Shown one piece after another: positions 56,049-63,280 of a DNA stretch of 64,000 nt. The stretch lies in the NCBI GenBank assembly GCA_945923775.1, contig CAMELR010000002.1, positions 5,837 through 69,836 on the forward strand. Direction: 5' to 3'. This DNA is from an uncultured Clostridia bacterium (GTDB lineage: Bacteria > Bacillota > Clostridia > Oscillospirales > Ruminococcaceae). The position numbers and the translations under genes are program-made. The notes beneath the pieces are model-generated. The model had not been told where the DNA came from. It saw only the letters and a list, made by a program, of their open reading frames with translations, and did no database searches. Positions within the stretch are counted from its first letter, which is position 1. The number at the start of each line of letters is the position of its first letter.

Positions 56049-57398
56049 ATGGATAATAATTATTTCACCGAAAAAATAGCGCCGAAGAACAAGCCGGTGC
56101 AGGAAAATACGGAAACAAAGCCCCAGCAGACCGCTCCGGCAAATATAATACATGATCTCTCAGATTTCACCGAGCATCGCCAGAACCACCCGGAAAGCGG
56201 CGAGGCTCCGGCTGTGAATGCGGCTCCGGCGGAAAAAGCGGCGCCCAGAGCCGAGGTATTTCCGCAGGATCTGACAGAGCACCGCCAGAATCACCCGAAT
56301 AATGAGAGACCTCAGCGCAGCGAGCGCATTGAGCGCACTGAGCGCCCGGAACGTACCGAGCGTTCAGACAGACCCCGCCAGGAGCGTCCCAATCGCCAGG
56401 ATAGACAGGACAGAACGCCTCGTCCTGACCGCCCCGAGCGTTCCGAGAGAGCAGAGCGAACTGAGCGCACTGAACGTCCGGAGCGCCGCGCAGAACCTCC
56501 CCGCGAGAAGAAGCAGACTGACCCGAACGCAGTGGTTGAGATAATCGGCGTACGTTTTAAGGACGTCGGCAAGGTGTATTACTTTGCTCCGGCGGGCGTG
56601 AATTTCGAGCAGGGCGACAAGGCGATAGTAGAGACCGCCCGCGGAATAGAGTGCGGCGAGATCGTGCTGACGAACAGAACCGTGTCCGAGAGTTCTATAG
56701 TATCTCCGCTGAAAAGCATAATCCGCAAGGCGACGGAAGCCGACGAAAAGCGGCTTGAGGAAAAGTGCCGTCAGGAGAAGGAGATAATGCAGGTATTCGC
56801 GGACAAGATAGCCCAGCATAAGCTCGATATGAAGCCGATAGACGTAGACTGCACCTTTGACGGCAGTAAGATACTGTTCTATTTCACGTCAGACGGCAGG
56901 GTTGATTTCAGAGAGCTGGTAAAGGATCTTGCGTCCGTTTACCGCACCCGTATCGAACTCCGGCAGATAGGTGTGCGCGACGAGGCGAAAATGCTCGGCG
57001 GCCTTGGAATATGCGGCAGACCGTTCTGCTGTTCCAGCTTCCTGGGAGAGTTCCAGCCGGTGTCCATCAAGATGGCTAAGGAGCAGTCCCTGTCGCTGAA
57101 TCCTACAAAGATATCCGGAACCTGCGGCAGGCTTATGTGCTGCCTGAAATACGAGCAGAACTGCTACGAGGAGTTCCTGCGCACCACGCCAAAGGTCGGA
57201 GCGTATGTCGAGACCGCCGAAGGCAGAGGAAGGGTATGCGAAACGAACCTCCTCACCGGAATTCTCAAGGTACAGCTCGACAAGAATCCCGACGCGCCCA
57301 TTGCGGTCAATAAGGCAGACGTAAAGCTGCTGAAGGACGGCAGAGTGCAGGTAAGCAAGGACGAGATCAAGGCTCTGAAGGGTCTCGAGGACAAGTAA
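56049..57398 (+). CDS. ricT: PSP1-domain protein RicT/YaaT with about 160-aa low-complexity N-terminal extension
   Basis: The C-terminal 290 aa form the PSP1 domain (GRPFCCSSFL..GTCGRLMCCLKYE). The N-terminus holds a duplicated DL[SD..]TEHRQNHP motif and an ER/DR-rich tract. Confidence 0.85.
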   Translation: MDNNYFTEKIAPKNKPVQENTETKPQQTAPANIIHDLSDFTEHRQNHPESGEAPAVNAAPAEKAAPRAEVFPQDLTEHRQNHPNNERPQRSERIERTERPERTERSDRPRQERPNRQDRQDRTPRPDRPERSERAERTERTERPERRAEPPREKKQTDPNAVVEIIGVRFKDVGKVYYFAPAGVNFEQGDKAIVETARGIECGEIVLTNRTVSESSIVSPLKSIIRKATEADEKRLEEKCRQEKEIMQVFADKIAQHKLDMKPIDVDCTFDGSKILFYFTSDGRVDFRELVKDLASVYRTRIELRQIGVRDEAKMLGGLGICGRPFCCSSFLGEFQPVSIKMAKEQSLSLNPTKISGTCGRLMCCLKYEQNCYEEFLRTTPKVGAYVETAEGRGRVCETNLLTGILKVQLDKNPDAPIAVNKADVKLLKDGRVQVSKDEIKALKGLEDK

Positions 57399-57413
57399 TG
57401 TAAGTAACGAGCT

Positions 57414-57443
57414 ATCCCCGGGCTGGCAGGTCCGGGGATTTTT
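57414..57443 (+). terminator. intrinsic terminator of the darA-holB-ricT operon
   Basis: ATCCCCGG..CCGGGGAT followed by TTTT. Confidence 0.75.
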
Positions 57444-57565
57444 GCGTTCAATTTTACAGAACAGTTGGGAAAATTGTATTAGTTTAGGCTAACCGAATAA
57501 GTTGCGCGGAGTTAACGTTAATTGCCGCTAACCCCGCACTACGACTTGCTTCGCGGACGAAAATC

Positions 57566-57606
57566 GTGTGAAAATTTTCAGAAAGCACTTGACTTTTTCT
57601 GAAAAT
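57566..57606. promoter_or_regulatory. candidate operator(s) at the ferredoxin promoter: Rex-like box and 11-bp inverted repeat bracketing the -35
   Basis: GTGTGAAAATTTTCAGAA (57566-57583) matches TTGTGAAnnnnTTCACAA at 12/14 specified positions. ATTTTCAGAAA (57574-57584) and TTTCTGAAAAT (57596-57606) form a perfect inverted repeat around TTGACT. Confidence 0.45.
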
Positions 57607-57616
57607 ATGTTACAAT
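57589..57616 (+). promoter_or_regulatory. ferredoxin promoter
   Basis: TTGACT (57589-57594), 16 nt, TACAAT (57611-57616), with TGT extended -10. Confidence 0.65.
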
Positions 57617-57707
57617 AGAATAAAGACAAAAGCGGTACGCTGTGAGTACGCTGCCGCTGTCGTTCATCGGCTGAAGCCGGAACATACTTATATGGAGGTA
57701 AATCAAT

Positions 57708-57878
57708 ATGGCATACGTAATTTCTGACGATTGCATCGCTTGCGGCGCTTGCGCTGAGGGATGTCCTGTAAACGCAATTTCCGAGGGTGACGGCAAGTAC
57801 GTTATCGACGCTGACACCTGCATTAGCTGCGGCGCTTGCGCTGGCACCTGCCCTGTAGGCGCTCCCTCTGAGGCTTAA
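57708..57878 (+). CDS. fdx: 2x[4Fe-4S] clostridial-type ferredoxin (56 aa; below the ORF-track size cutoff)
   Basis: My own translation is MAYVISDDCIACGACAEGCPVNAISEGDGKYVIDADTCISCGACAGTCPVGAPSEA. It has two CxxCxxCxxxCP motifs, GGAGG 9 nt upstream, and a terminator downstream. Confidence 0.92.
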   Translation: MAYVISDDCIACGACAEGCPVNAISEGDGKYVIDADTCISCGACAGTCPVGAPSEA

Positions 57879-57894
57879 TTGCTTTATGAACTGA

Positions 57895-57929
57895 ACTCCC
57901 GGATCATCTGATCCGGGAGTTTTTGTTTT
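57895..57929 (+). terminator. intrinsic terminator of the ferredoxin gene
   Basis: ACTCCCGGATC-ATC-TGATCCGGGAGT followed by TTTTGTTTT. Confidence 0.85.
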
Positions 57930-57944
57930 AGCGGTTAAAAAGCG

Positions 57945-57976
57945 AAAAAATACCTCCCGAAAACGGGAGGTATTTT
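57945..57976. terminator. bidirectional terminator (serves the convergent SseB-like gene)
   Basis: TACCTCCCG-AAAA-CGGGAGGTA flanked by A6 and T4. Confidence 0.8.
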
Positions 57977-57987
57977 GCGTTTTGTGC

Positions 57988-58485
57988 TTATTCCTCGACA
58001 AGTGTGTCTGTGGGAGCTACCGTGTTGGTAGGAGCCGCAGGCTTAGCCGGGATCTTGTCCTTATTCTCCATAACGAGCAGGTTCATTTCAAACGGTGTGA
58101 AAACTCTGCCGCAGGGGGAGCCGGGATTCAGAACTGCGGTTCTGCCTTTGATAGCCTCGAACAGGCGCACGGTGTTGACCTTCATGCAGTTGAATGTCTT
58201 GTGCTCCGGTGTTGCAAGCACTGCCATGCGGTTCGGTGATGTGAAGAACGGAATCACCTGCTGACCTTCCTTGTTGGTCATCATCATGACGTTGAGCAGG
58301 CGGTTGCCGTTAGCGTCAGTCTGATTGCCAAGGGCGGCAACTGCGAATACGTCAGCCGCCATCAGGTCGGGAAGCACGGTCTTCCACTTAGTCTTGGTCT
58401 TATCCTGGTTAGCTTCGGTGATCCTCTCCTCGAGGACCTTGTTGAAAGCCTTCATCTGGTCAGGGGACATCTGCTGATTAGCCAT
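57988..58485 (-). CDS. SseB-family protein
   Basis: 165 aa (LNVMMMTNKEGQQVIPFFTSPNRM..AVLNPGSP) resembles the SseB N-terminal domain. The assignment is from memory only. Confidence 0.55.
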   Translation of the reverse strand: MANQQMSPDQMKAFNKVLEERITEANQDKTKTKWKTVLPDLMAADVFAVAALGNQTDANGNRLLNVMMMTNKEGQQVIPFFTSPNRMAVLATPEHKTFNCMKVNTVRLFEAIKGRTAVLNPGSPCGRVFTPFEMNLLVMENKDKIPAKPAAPTNTVAPTDTLVEE

Positions 58486-58508
58486 AATACACTACCTTTC
58501 TGTGGTGA

Positions 58509-60449
58509 TCATCTGGTCTTTTCTGCGTTTTCCTTGAGGATCTTTGCGATAACGTCCTCAACGGGGGAAGCGCCGAGGTCGCCGTCCTTGCGTGAACGGA
58601 GGGATACGGTGTTGTCCTCGACTTCCTTATCGCCGAGAATGAAGAAGTACGGGATCTTCTCAAGCTGAGCCTGACGGATCTTGTAGCCTATCTTCTCGTT
58701 GCGGTTGTCGACGGTAACGCGGATATTCATATCGTCGAAGCGCTTTGCAATGCTCTCTGCGTATTCCTTTGCACGGTCTGTGATCGGGAGGATACGAACC
58801 TGCTCAGGAGACAGCCACAGCGGGAGCGCGCCTGCGTACTTTTCGAGCAGGTAAGCGAGGGTACGCTCATAGCAGCCGAGGCTTGTACGGTGAATGATAT
58901 ACGGGTTCTTCTTGGTGCCGTCTACGTCAACGTACTCCATGCCGAAGCGCTGTGCGAGGAGCATATCTATCTGGATAGTTACCAGTGTGTCTTCCTTGCC
59001 GAATACGTTCTTGTACTGGATATCGAGCTTCGGGCCATAGAATGCAGCCTCGTCGATACCGATGGTGTACTGAACGCCAAGGTCGTCGAGAATTGTTTTC
59101 ATTGTAGCCTGAGCAATCTCCCACTGCTCGGGAGTGCCCTCGTACTTGTTCTTAGGGTTAGCGGGATCCCACTGTGAGAAGCGGAATGTGCAGTCCTCAA
59201 GCAGACCTACAGTATCGAGGCAGTACTTGGCAAGTTCCAGGCAGTTTCTGAATTCGTCCTCGAGCTGCTCAGGACGGAGGATATAGTGACCCTCGGAGAT
59301 AGTGAACTGACGAACTCTGATAAGGCCGTGCATCTCGCCGCTGTCCTCGTTGCGGAACAGTGTGGAGGTCTCGGTAAGTCTCATCGGGAGGTCGCGGTAG
59401 CTGCGCTGTCTGTTCAGGAATACCTGATACTGGAACGGGCAGGTCATCGGGCGGAGTGCGAAGCATTCCTTGGTCTCGTCGTTGGGGTCGCCGAGGATGA
59501 ACATGCCGTCGAGGTAGTGATCCCAGTGGCCGGAGATTTTATAAAGCTCGCGCTTTGCCATATACGGAGTCTTTGTGAGCTGGCAGCCGTGCTTTGCTTC
59601 AACGTCCTCTACCCAGCGCTGCATGATCTGAACTACCTTAGCTCCCTTGGGCAGGAGAATCGGCAGACCCTGGCCGATGTAGTCGACAGTGGTGAAGTAC
59701 TCGAGTTCTCTGCCTATCTTGTTGTGGTCGCGGCGCTTTGCGTCCTCGAGAGCCTCAAGATGAGCGTTGAGCGCGTCCTTGGACGGGAATGCAGTACCGT
59801 AGATACGGGTGAGCATCTTGTTCTTTTCGCTTCCGCGCCAGTAAGCGCCGGTCACGGAGGTGAGCTTGAACGCCTTGACCGGAGAAGTGGACATCAGGTG
59901 CGGACCTGCGCACAGGTCGGTGAAGTCGCCCTGCTTGTAGAAGGAGATGGGTTCGCCCTTGCCTGCGTGTTCCTGGCAGAGTTCAACCTTGTAGGGTTCG
60001 CCCTGTTCTTCGAGGTACTTTATAGCTTCGTCGGGAGCCATAGTGAAGTGTTCGAGGCGTATGGACTCCTTAACGATCTTCTTCATTTCTGCTTCGATTT
60101 TTGCCAGGGTGTCGGTGGTGAAGGGCTCCTCGGTGTCGAAATCATAGTAGAAGCCGTTCTCGATAGCCGGGCCGATGGCGAGTTTTGTCGCCGGGAAAAG
60201 GCGCTTTACTGCCTGAGCCAGAACGTGGGAGGCGGTGTGGTTGAATGCTCTCTGTCCCTGCTCGTCCTCGAATGTGAGGAACTTAACGGTGCAGCCGTCG
60301 GTGAGGGTGGTGCGGAGGTCGCATACCTTTCCGTCGATTTCTGCTGCACATGCAGTCTTAGCCTCTCCGAGTTCTCTTGCCGCGTCGAATGCGGACAGCG
60401 GAGCGTCAAACTCCTTGATCTCGCCGTTTCCTAGTGTTACCTTGATCAT
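58509..60449 (-). CDS. thrS: threonine--tRNA ligase
   Basis: 646 aa with TGS domain (MIKVTLGNGEIKEF), second additional domain (HTASHVLAQAV), class II core (FRNEDSGEMHGLIRVRQF) and anticodon-binding domain. Confidence 0.96.
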   Translation of the reverse strand: MIKVTLGNGEIKEFDAPLSAFDAARELGEAKTACAAEIDGKVCDLRTTLTDGCTVKFLTFEDEQGQRAFNHTASHVLAQAVKRLFPATKLAIGPAIENGFYYDFDTEEPFTTDTLAKIEAEMKKIVKESIRLEHFTMAPDEAIKYLEEQGEPYKVELCQEHAGKGEPISFYKQGDFTDLCAGPHLMSTSPVKAFKLTSVTGAYWRGSEKNKMLTRIYGTAFPSKDALNAHLEALEDAKRRDHNKIGRELEYFTTVDYIGQGLPILLPKGAKVVQIMQRWVEDVEAKHGCQLTKTPYMAKRELYKISGHWDHYLDGMFILGDPNDETKECFALRPMTCPFQYQVFLNRQRSYRDLPMRLTETSTLFRNEDSGEMHGLIRVRQFTISEGHYILRPEQLEDEFRNCLELAKYCLDTVGLLEDCTFRFSQWDPANPKNKYEGTPEQWEIAQATMKTILDDLGVQYTIGIDEAAFYGPKLDIQYKNVFGKEDTLVTIQIDMLLAQRFGMEYVDVDGTKKNPYIIHRTSLGCYERTLAYLLEKYAGALPLWLSPEQVRILPITDRAKEYAESIAKRFDDMNIRVTVDNRNEKIGYKIRQAQLEKIPYFFILGDKEVEDNTVSLRSRKDGDLGASPVEDVIAKILKENAEKTR

Positions 60450-60532
60450 ACTGAACTTCCTTTCCTTGCAGAGCTAAACAAAAGCCCTGCCGTTCAATGT
60501 AAATATTCGCAGCTTTACGCTGTGTATCTCTT

Positions 60533-60561
60533 ATTTTACTACTATTCCGCATAAAAGTCAA
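60533..60561 (-). promoter_or_regulatory. thrS promoter
   Basis: Minus strand reads TTGACT (60561-60556), 17 nt, TAAAAT (60538-60533). The leader is about 85 nt. Confidence 0.6.
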
Positions 60562-60599
60562 GTTATTTGTAGGTTTATGGCGCGAGGCTCCGACAATAA

Positions 60600-60628
60600 T
60601 TGACATGATGTACAAAGTGTAGTATAAT
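60600..60628 (+). promoter_or_regulatory. consensus promoter of the small toxin-like ORF
   Basis: TTGACA (60600-60605), 17 nt, TATAAT (60623-60628). Confidence 0.8.
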
Positions 60629-60675
60629 TAAAAGGCCGGCACTCCGGACGTCAAAAACGGAAGGAGGTGCATATC

Positions 60676-60756
60676 ATGGATACCTTCAGCTTTATATTAT
60701 CCATCATAGCAAGTGTGATCGCGTATTACATATGCAAGTGGCTCGATGGAGATTAG
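60676..60756 (+). CDS. 26-aa hydrophobic peptide, candidate type I toxin (Fst/PepA1-like)
   Basis: My own translation is MDTFSFILSIIASVIAYYICKWLDGD. AAGGAGGTG lies 6 nt upstream. It has a single TM-length hydrophobic core and a charged KWLDGD tail, and sits between a consensus promoter and a strong terminator. Confidence 0.65.
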   Translation: MDTFSFILSIIASVIAYYICKWLDGD

Positions 60757-60776
60757 TACCGGCAGGAGCACATAGC

Positions 60777-60817
60777 AAAAAACCGACCCCCGAGCTGCAA
60801 CTCGGGGGTCAATTTTT
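60777..60817. terminator. bidirectional intrinsic terminator shared by the toxin mRNA and the antisense sRNA/che operon
   Basis: GACCCCCGAG-CTGCAA-CTCGGGGGTC (60785-60810) with A6 upstream (60777-60782) and T5 downstream (60813-60817). Confidence 0.9.
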
Positions 60818-60850
60818 GTGCATACATGTGTAGAACCTTCAGCTTTCTAC
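60777..60850 (-). ncRNA. candidate antitoxin sRNA (about 75 nt) convergent with the toxin ORF
   Basis: Predicted from the consensus minus-strand promoter (60857-60885) and the shared terminator. The 5' hairpin GUAGAA-AGCUGAAGG-UUCUAC displays AAAGCUGAAGGU, which is complementary to ACCUUCAGCUUU at toxin codons 3-6. Confidence 0.6.
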
Positions 60851-60856
60851 AACTAC

Positions 60857-60885
60857 ATTATATCACTGAAAAAAAGATTTGTCAA
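60857..60885 (-). promoter_or_regulatory. consensus promoter of the antisense sRNA
   Basis: Minus strand reads TTGACA (60885-60880), 17 nt, TATAAT (60862-60857). The -35 starts 3 nt after the cheB stop codon. Confidence 0.8.
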
Positions 60886-60888
60886 GCG

Positions 60889-61920
60889 TCAGATAAGCTG
60901 ATCCTGAATGATATCAGCGATCTTGTAGAGCGGAGCCTGAACCTGCACAGCGCCGATATTGTACGCTTCCATCGGCATGCCGTAAACTACGCAGGTCGCC
61001 TTGTCCTGCCCTATCGTGAACGCTCCGGACTGCCGCATTTTAAGCAGACCGTCCGCGCCGTCCCGACCCATTCCGGTGAGGATAACGCCGATGGCGTTCG
61101 CTTTCGCAGTATCAGCGACGCTTGAGAAAAGAACGTCTACGGACGGGCAGTGTCCCGAGACCTTCTCGCCCGGCTTTGAAGATACGTAGTATCCCCTGGA
61201 ATCCCGGCAGAGCCTCAGATGATGTTCGCCTGCCCCGATAATTACGAGACCGCGCCGCAGCCGGTCGCCGTCCTCGGCTTCCTTGACCTCCATCGGGCAG
61301 TTCTTGTTGAGCCGCTCGGAATATAGCTTCGTGAATCCCGCCGGCATGTGCTGAACAACAACGGTTGCCGGGGAATCCGCAGGAAGATTTTTGATCACCT
61401 GCTCCAGTGCCTCGGTGCCTCCGGTGGAAGCCCCAAGTGCAAGAACGACATCGTTCTTGCGGAACCGCTTCGCGGTCGTGGAGAAGCTGGTGTGTACCAC
61501 TTCCGGCTCATCTGCCTTTGAGTGGTCGCCGTGGAGATCGTATGCGTTCTTTACCGCACGGCAGATGGTCTGAGCGAAGTTCTGCATTTCAGCGGTGGTG
61601 CGGGCAAGCGGTTTCTGAATGAATTCTATGCACCCTGCGTCTAGAGCCGCCTGTTTCATGTTGGTGGAGGACGACACCGTTATCACCGGAAGATAGTACT
61701 GTGGAAGCAGTTTTTTCAGGAATGCAACGCCGTCCATGCGAGGCATTTCTATGTCAAGCGTCATGACGTCCGGTTCGTATTTCAGTATCATATCCCGGGC
61801 GGAGTAGGGATCTCCGGCTGTGCCTACGACGTCTATTTCGGGATTTTCCCTTATATAGCGGGTCAGCACTTCTCTGAACAAGATAGAATCATCGACCACA
61901 AGCAGCTTGATCTTTTTCAT
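60889..61920 (-). CDS. cheB: chemotaxis response regulator protein-glutamate methylesterase CheB
   Basis: 343 aa. Receiver domain (KLLVVDDS..MTLDIEMPRMDG) plus methylesterase domain (GASTGGTEAL, HMPAGFT, TGMGRDGA). Confidence 0.93.
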   Translation of the reverse strand: MKKIKLLVVDDSILFREVLTRYIRENPEIDVVGTAGDPYSARDMILKYEPDVMTLDIEMPRMDGVAFLKKLLPQYYLPVITVSSSTNMKQAALDAGCIEFIQKPLARTTAEMQNFAQTICRAVKNAYDLHGDHSKADEPEVVHTSFSTTAKRFRKNDVVLALGASTGGTEALEQVIKNLPADSPATVVVQHMPAGFTKLYSERLNKNCPMEVKEAEDGDRLRRGLVIIGAGEHHLRLCRDSRGYYVSSKPGEKVSGHCPSVDVLFSSVADTAKANAIGVILTGMGRDGADGLLKMRQSGAFTIGQDKATCVVYGMPMEAYNIGAVQVQAPLYKIADIIQDQLI

Positions 61921-61936
61921 AATTCTCCCCCGTCAG

Positions 61937-62770
61937 TCAGGTGTCAAGCCCTCTGCGGTAGATTGCCGGCTTGACGTATTCGAATTTGGTCTCGCCCCGC
62001 GGAATGCTCTCCGCGTGACCTATGTAGAAATATCCGCCCGGTTTCAGCACATCGTAGAAGCGGTTGACCAGCGCGTTTTTGGTGGGCTGATCAAAGTATA
62101 TCATGACATTCCGGCAGAATATCAGGTCGAACGGACGGCGCTTGTATTTTTCCGGCATTTCGTCCATCAGGTTGAAAGGCTTGAATATTATCTGATCCTT
62201 TATCTCCTGACATATTTCGTAATGCTCGTCGTCTACCTGCCTGAAGTAGCGGCGCTTCCATTCGGGGCTGAGACCCTTCATGCCCTCAACGTTGTAGACA
62301 CCGGCCTTCGCCTTGTCCATGACGCTGTTGGAGATATCCGTTGCAAGGATACGCGTGTCCCAGAGGCTTTTCTCCTTGCCGAAGTACTCGTCAAGAAGCA
62401 TTGCCGTGGTGTAGCACTCCTCGCCGGAGGAGCAGCCCGCGCTCCAGATACGCAGTTCGTGGTTCTTTGCGTTTGCTACAGCCCAGGGGAGTATTACCTC
62501 TTTAAGGAAGGTGTAATGTTCCGGCTCGCGCATGAAGAATGTGTGGTTTGTTGTGAGTTTGTTGAGTATCGTTGTGACTTCCGCACCTGAGGTATCTGCC
62601 ATAACAGCGTCCAGATACTGGTCGTAGCTGGTAAATCCGCGCTCGCGCAGCATATTGCCGAGCCTTCCCTGTATCAGCACGCGCTTGGAAGAAAGATTGA
62701 TGCCGAAGTTGTTGTGCATGTAGTCGACAAGACGATGGAATTCGTGATCAGTAATATCCATAGGGGTCAC
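61937..62770 (-). CDS. cheR: chemotaxis protein methyltransferase CheR
   Basis: 277 aa. CheR N-domain and SAM-binding core (RIWSAGCSSGEECYT, IFCRNVMIYFD). The start is either GTG at 62770 (GTGA overlap with cheW) or ATG at 62761 (8 nt after GAGGGG). Confidence 0.9.
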   Translation of the reverse strand: MTPMDITDHEFHRLVDYMHNNFGINLSSKRVLIQGRLGNMLRERGFTSYDQYLDAVMADTSGAEVTTILNKLTTNHTFFMREPEHYTFLKEVILPWAVANAKNHELRIWSAGCSSGEECYTTAMLLDEYFGKEKSLWDTRILATDISNSVMDKAKAGVYNVEGMKGLSPEWKRRYFRQVDDEHYEICQEIKDQIIFKPFNLMDEMPEKYKRRPFDLIFCRNVMIYFDQPTKNALVNRFYDVLKPGGYFYIGHAESIPRGETKFEYVKPAIYRRGLDT

Positions 62771-63267
62771 CCCTCATCATCAAGCAGCTTGGCAACGTCG
62801 AGAATGAGCTTAACGTCGTCGCCGGAGCGTATCATGTACTGAATAAAGGAATTTGTGTTCACGGAGCGGTTCTCCGGAGTTGCGGAGATATCGTGGGAGT
62901 GGATATCCTCAACATCTGCAACGCTGTCGACGATAATTCCGACGGACAGCTCGTTGAAGCTGAGAATAATAATGCAGGTGCGGCTGGTGTAGGGGATCTC
63001 CTCCTTGCCGAAGCGGCTGCGGATATCAACGATCGGAACTACCTTGCTTCGAACGTTGATGATACCCTTGATGTAGCTGGGAACATGCGGCACCTTTGTG
63101 ATGTGCTGCATTTCGATAATCTCGGTGACATACTGGATCTCGATACCGTAGATCTGGTCGCCGATATGGAAGGTCATAACCTTGCCCAGCACGGAATTAT
63201 CCGTAGAAAGTTTTCTGTCGGTGGACTGCTGCTTAGCAACAGCCTCCTTTATAACATCATTAGTCAT
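62767..63267 (-). CDS. cheW: chemotaxis coupling protein CheW
   Basis: 166 aa. CheW-like fold (FHIGDQIYGIEIQYVTEI..IKGIINVRSKVVPIVDIRSRFG). Confidence 0.9.
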   Translation of the reverse strand: MTNDVIKEAVAKQQSTDRKLSTDNSVLGKVMTFHIGDQIYGIEIQYVTEIIEMQHITKVPHVPSYIKGIINVRSKVVPIVDIRSRFGKEEIPYTSRTCIIILSFNELSVGIIVDSVADVEDIHSHDISATPENRSVNTNSFIQYMIRSGDDVKLILDVAKLLDDEG

Positions 63268-63280
63268 GCTGATTCCTCCC

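Noticed and set aside
56302-56572. Alternative-frame ORFs (56302-56544 plus, 56312-56572 minus, 56364-56819 minus) in the ricT repeat tract.
   Set aside because: They are open only because of the GAGCG/CCGAGCG repeat composition. They lie entirely within the ricT extension and have no independent signals.
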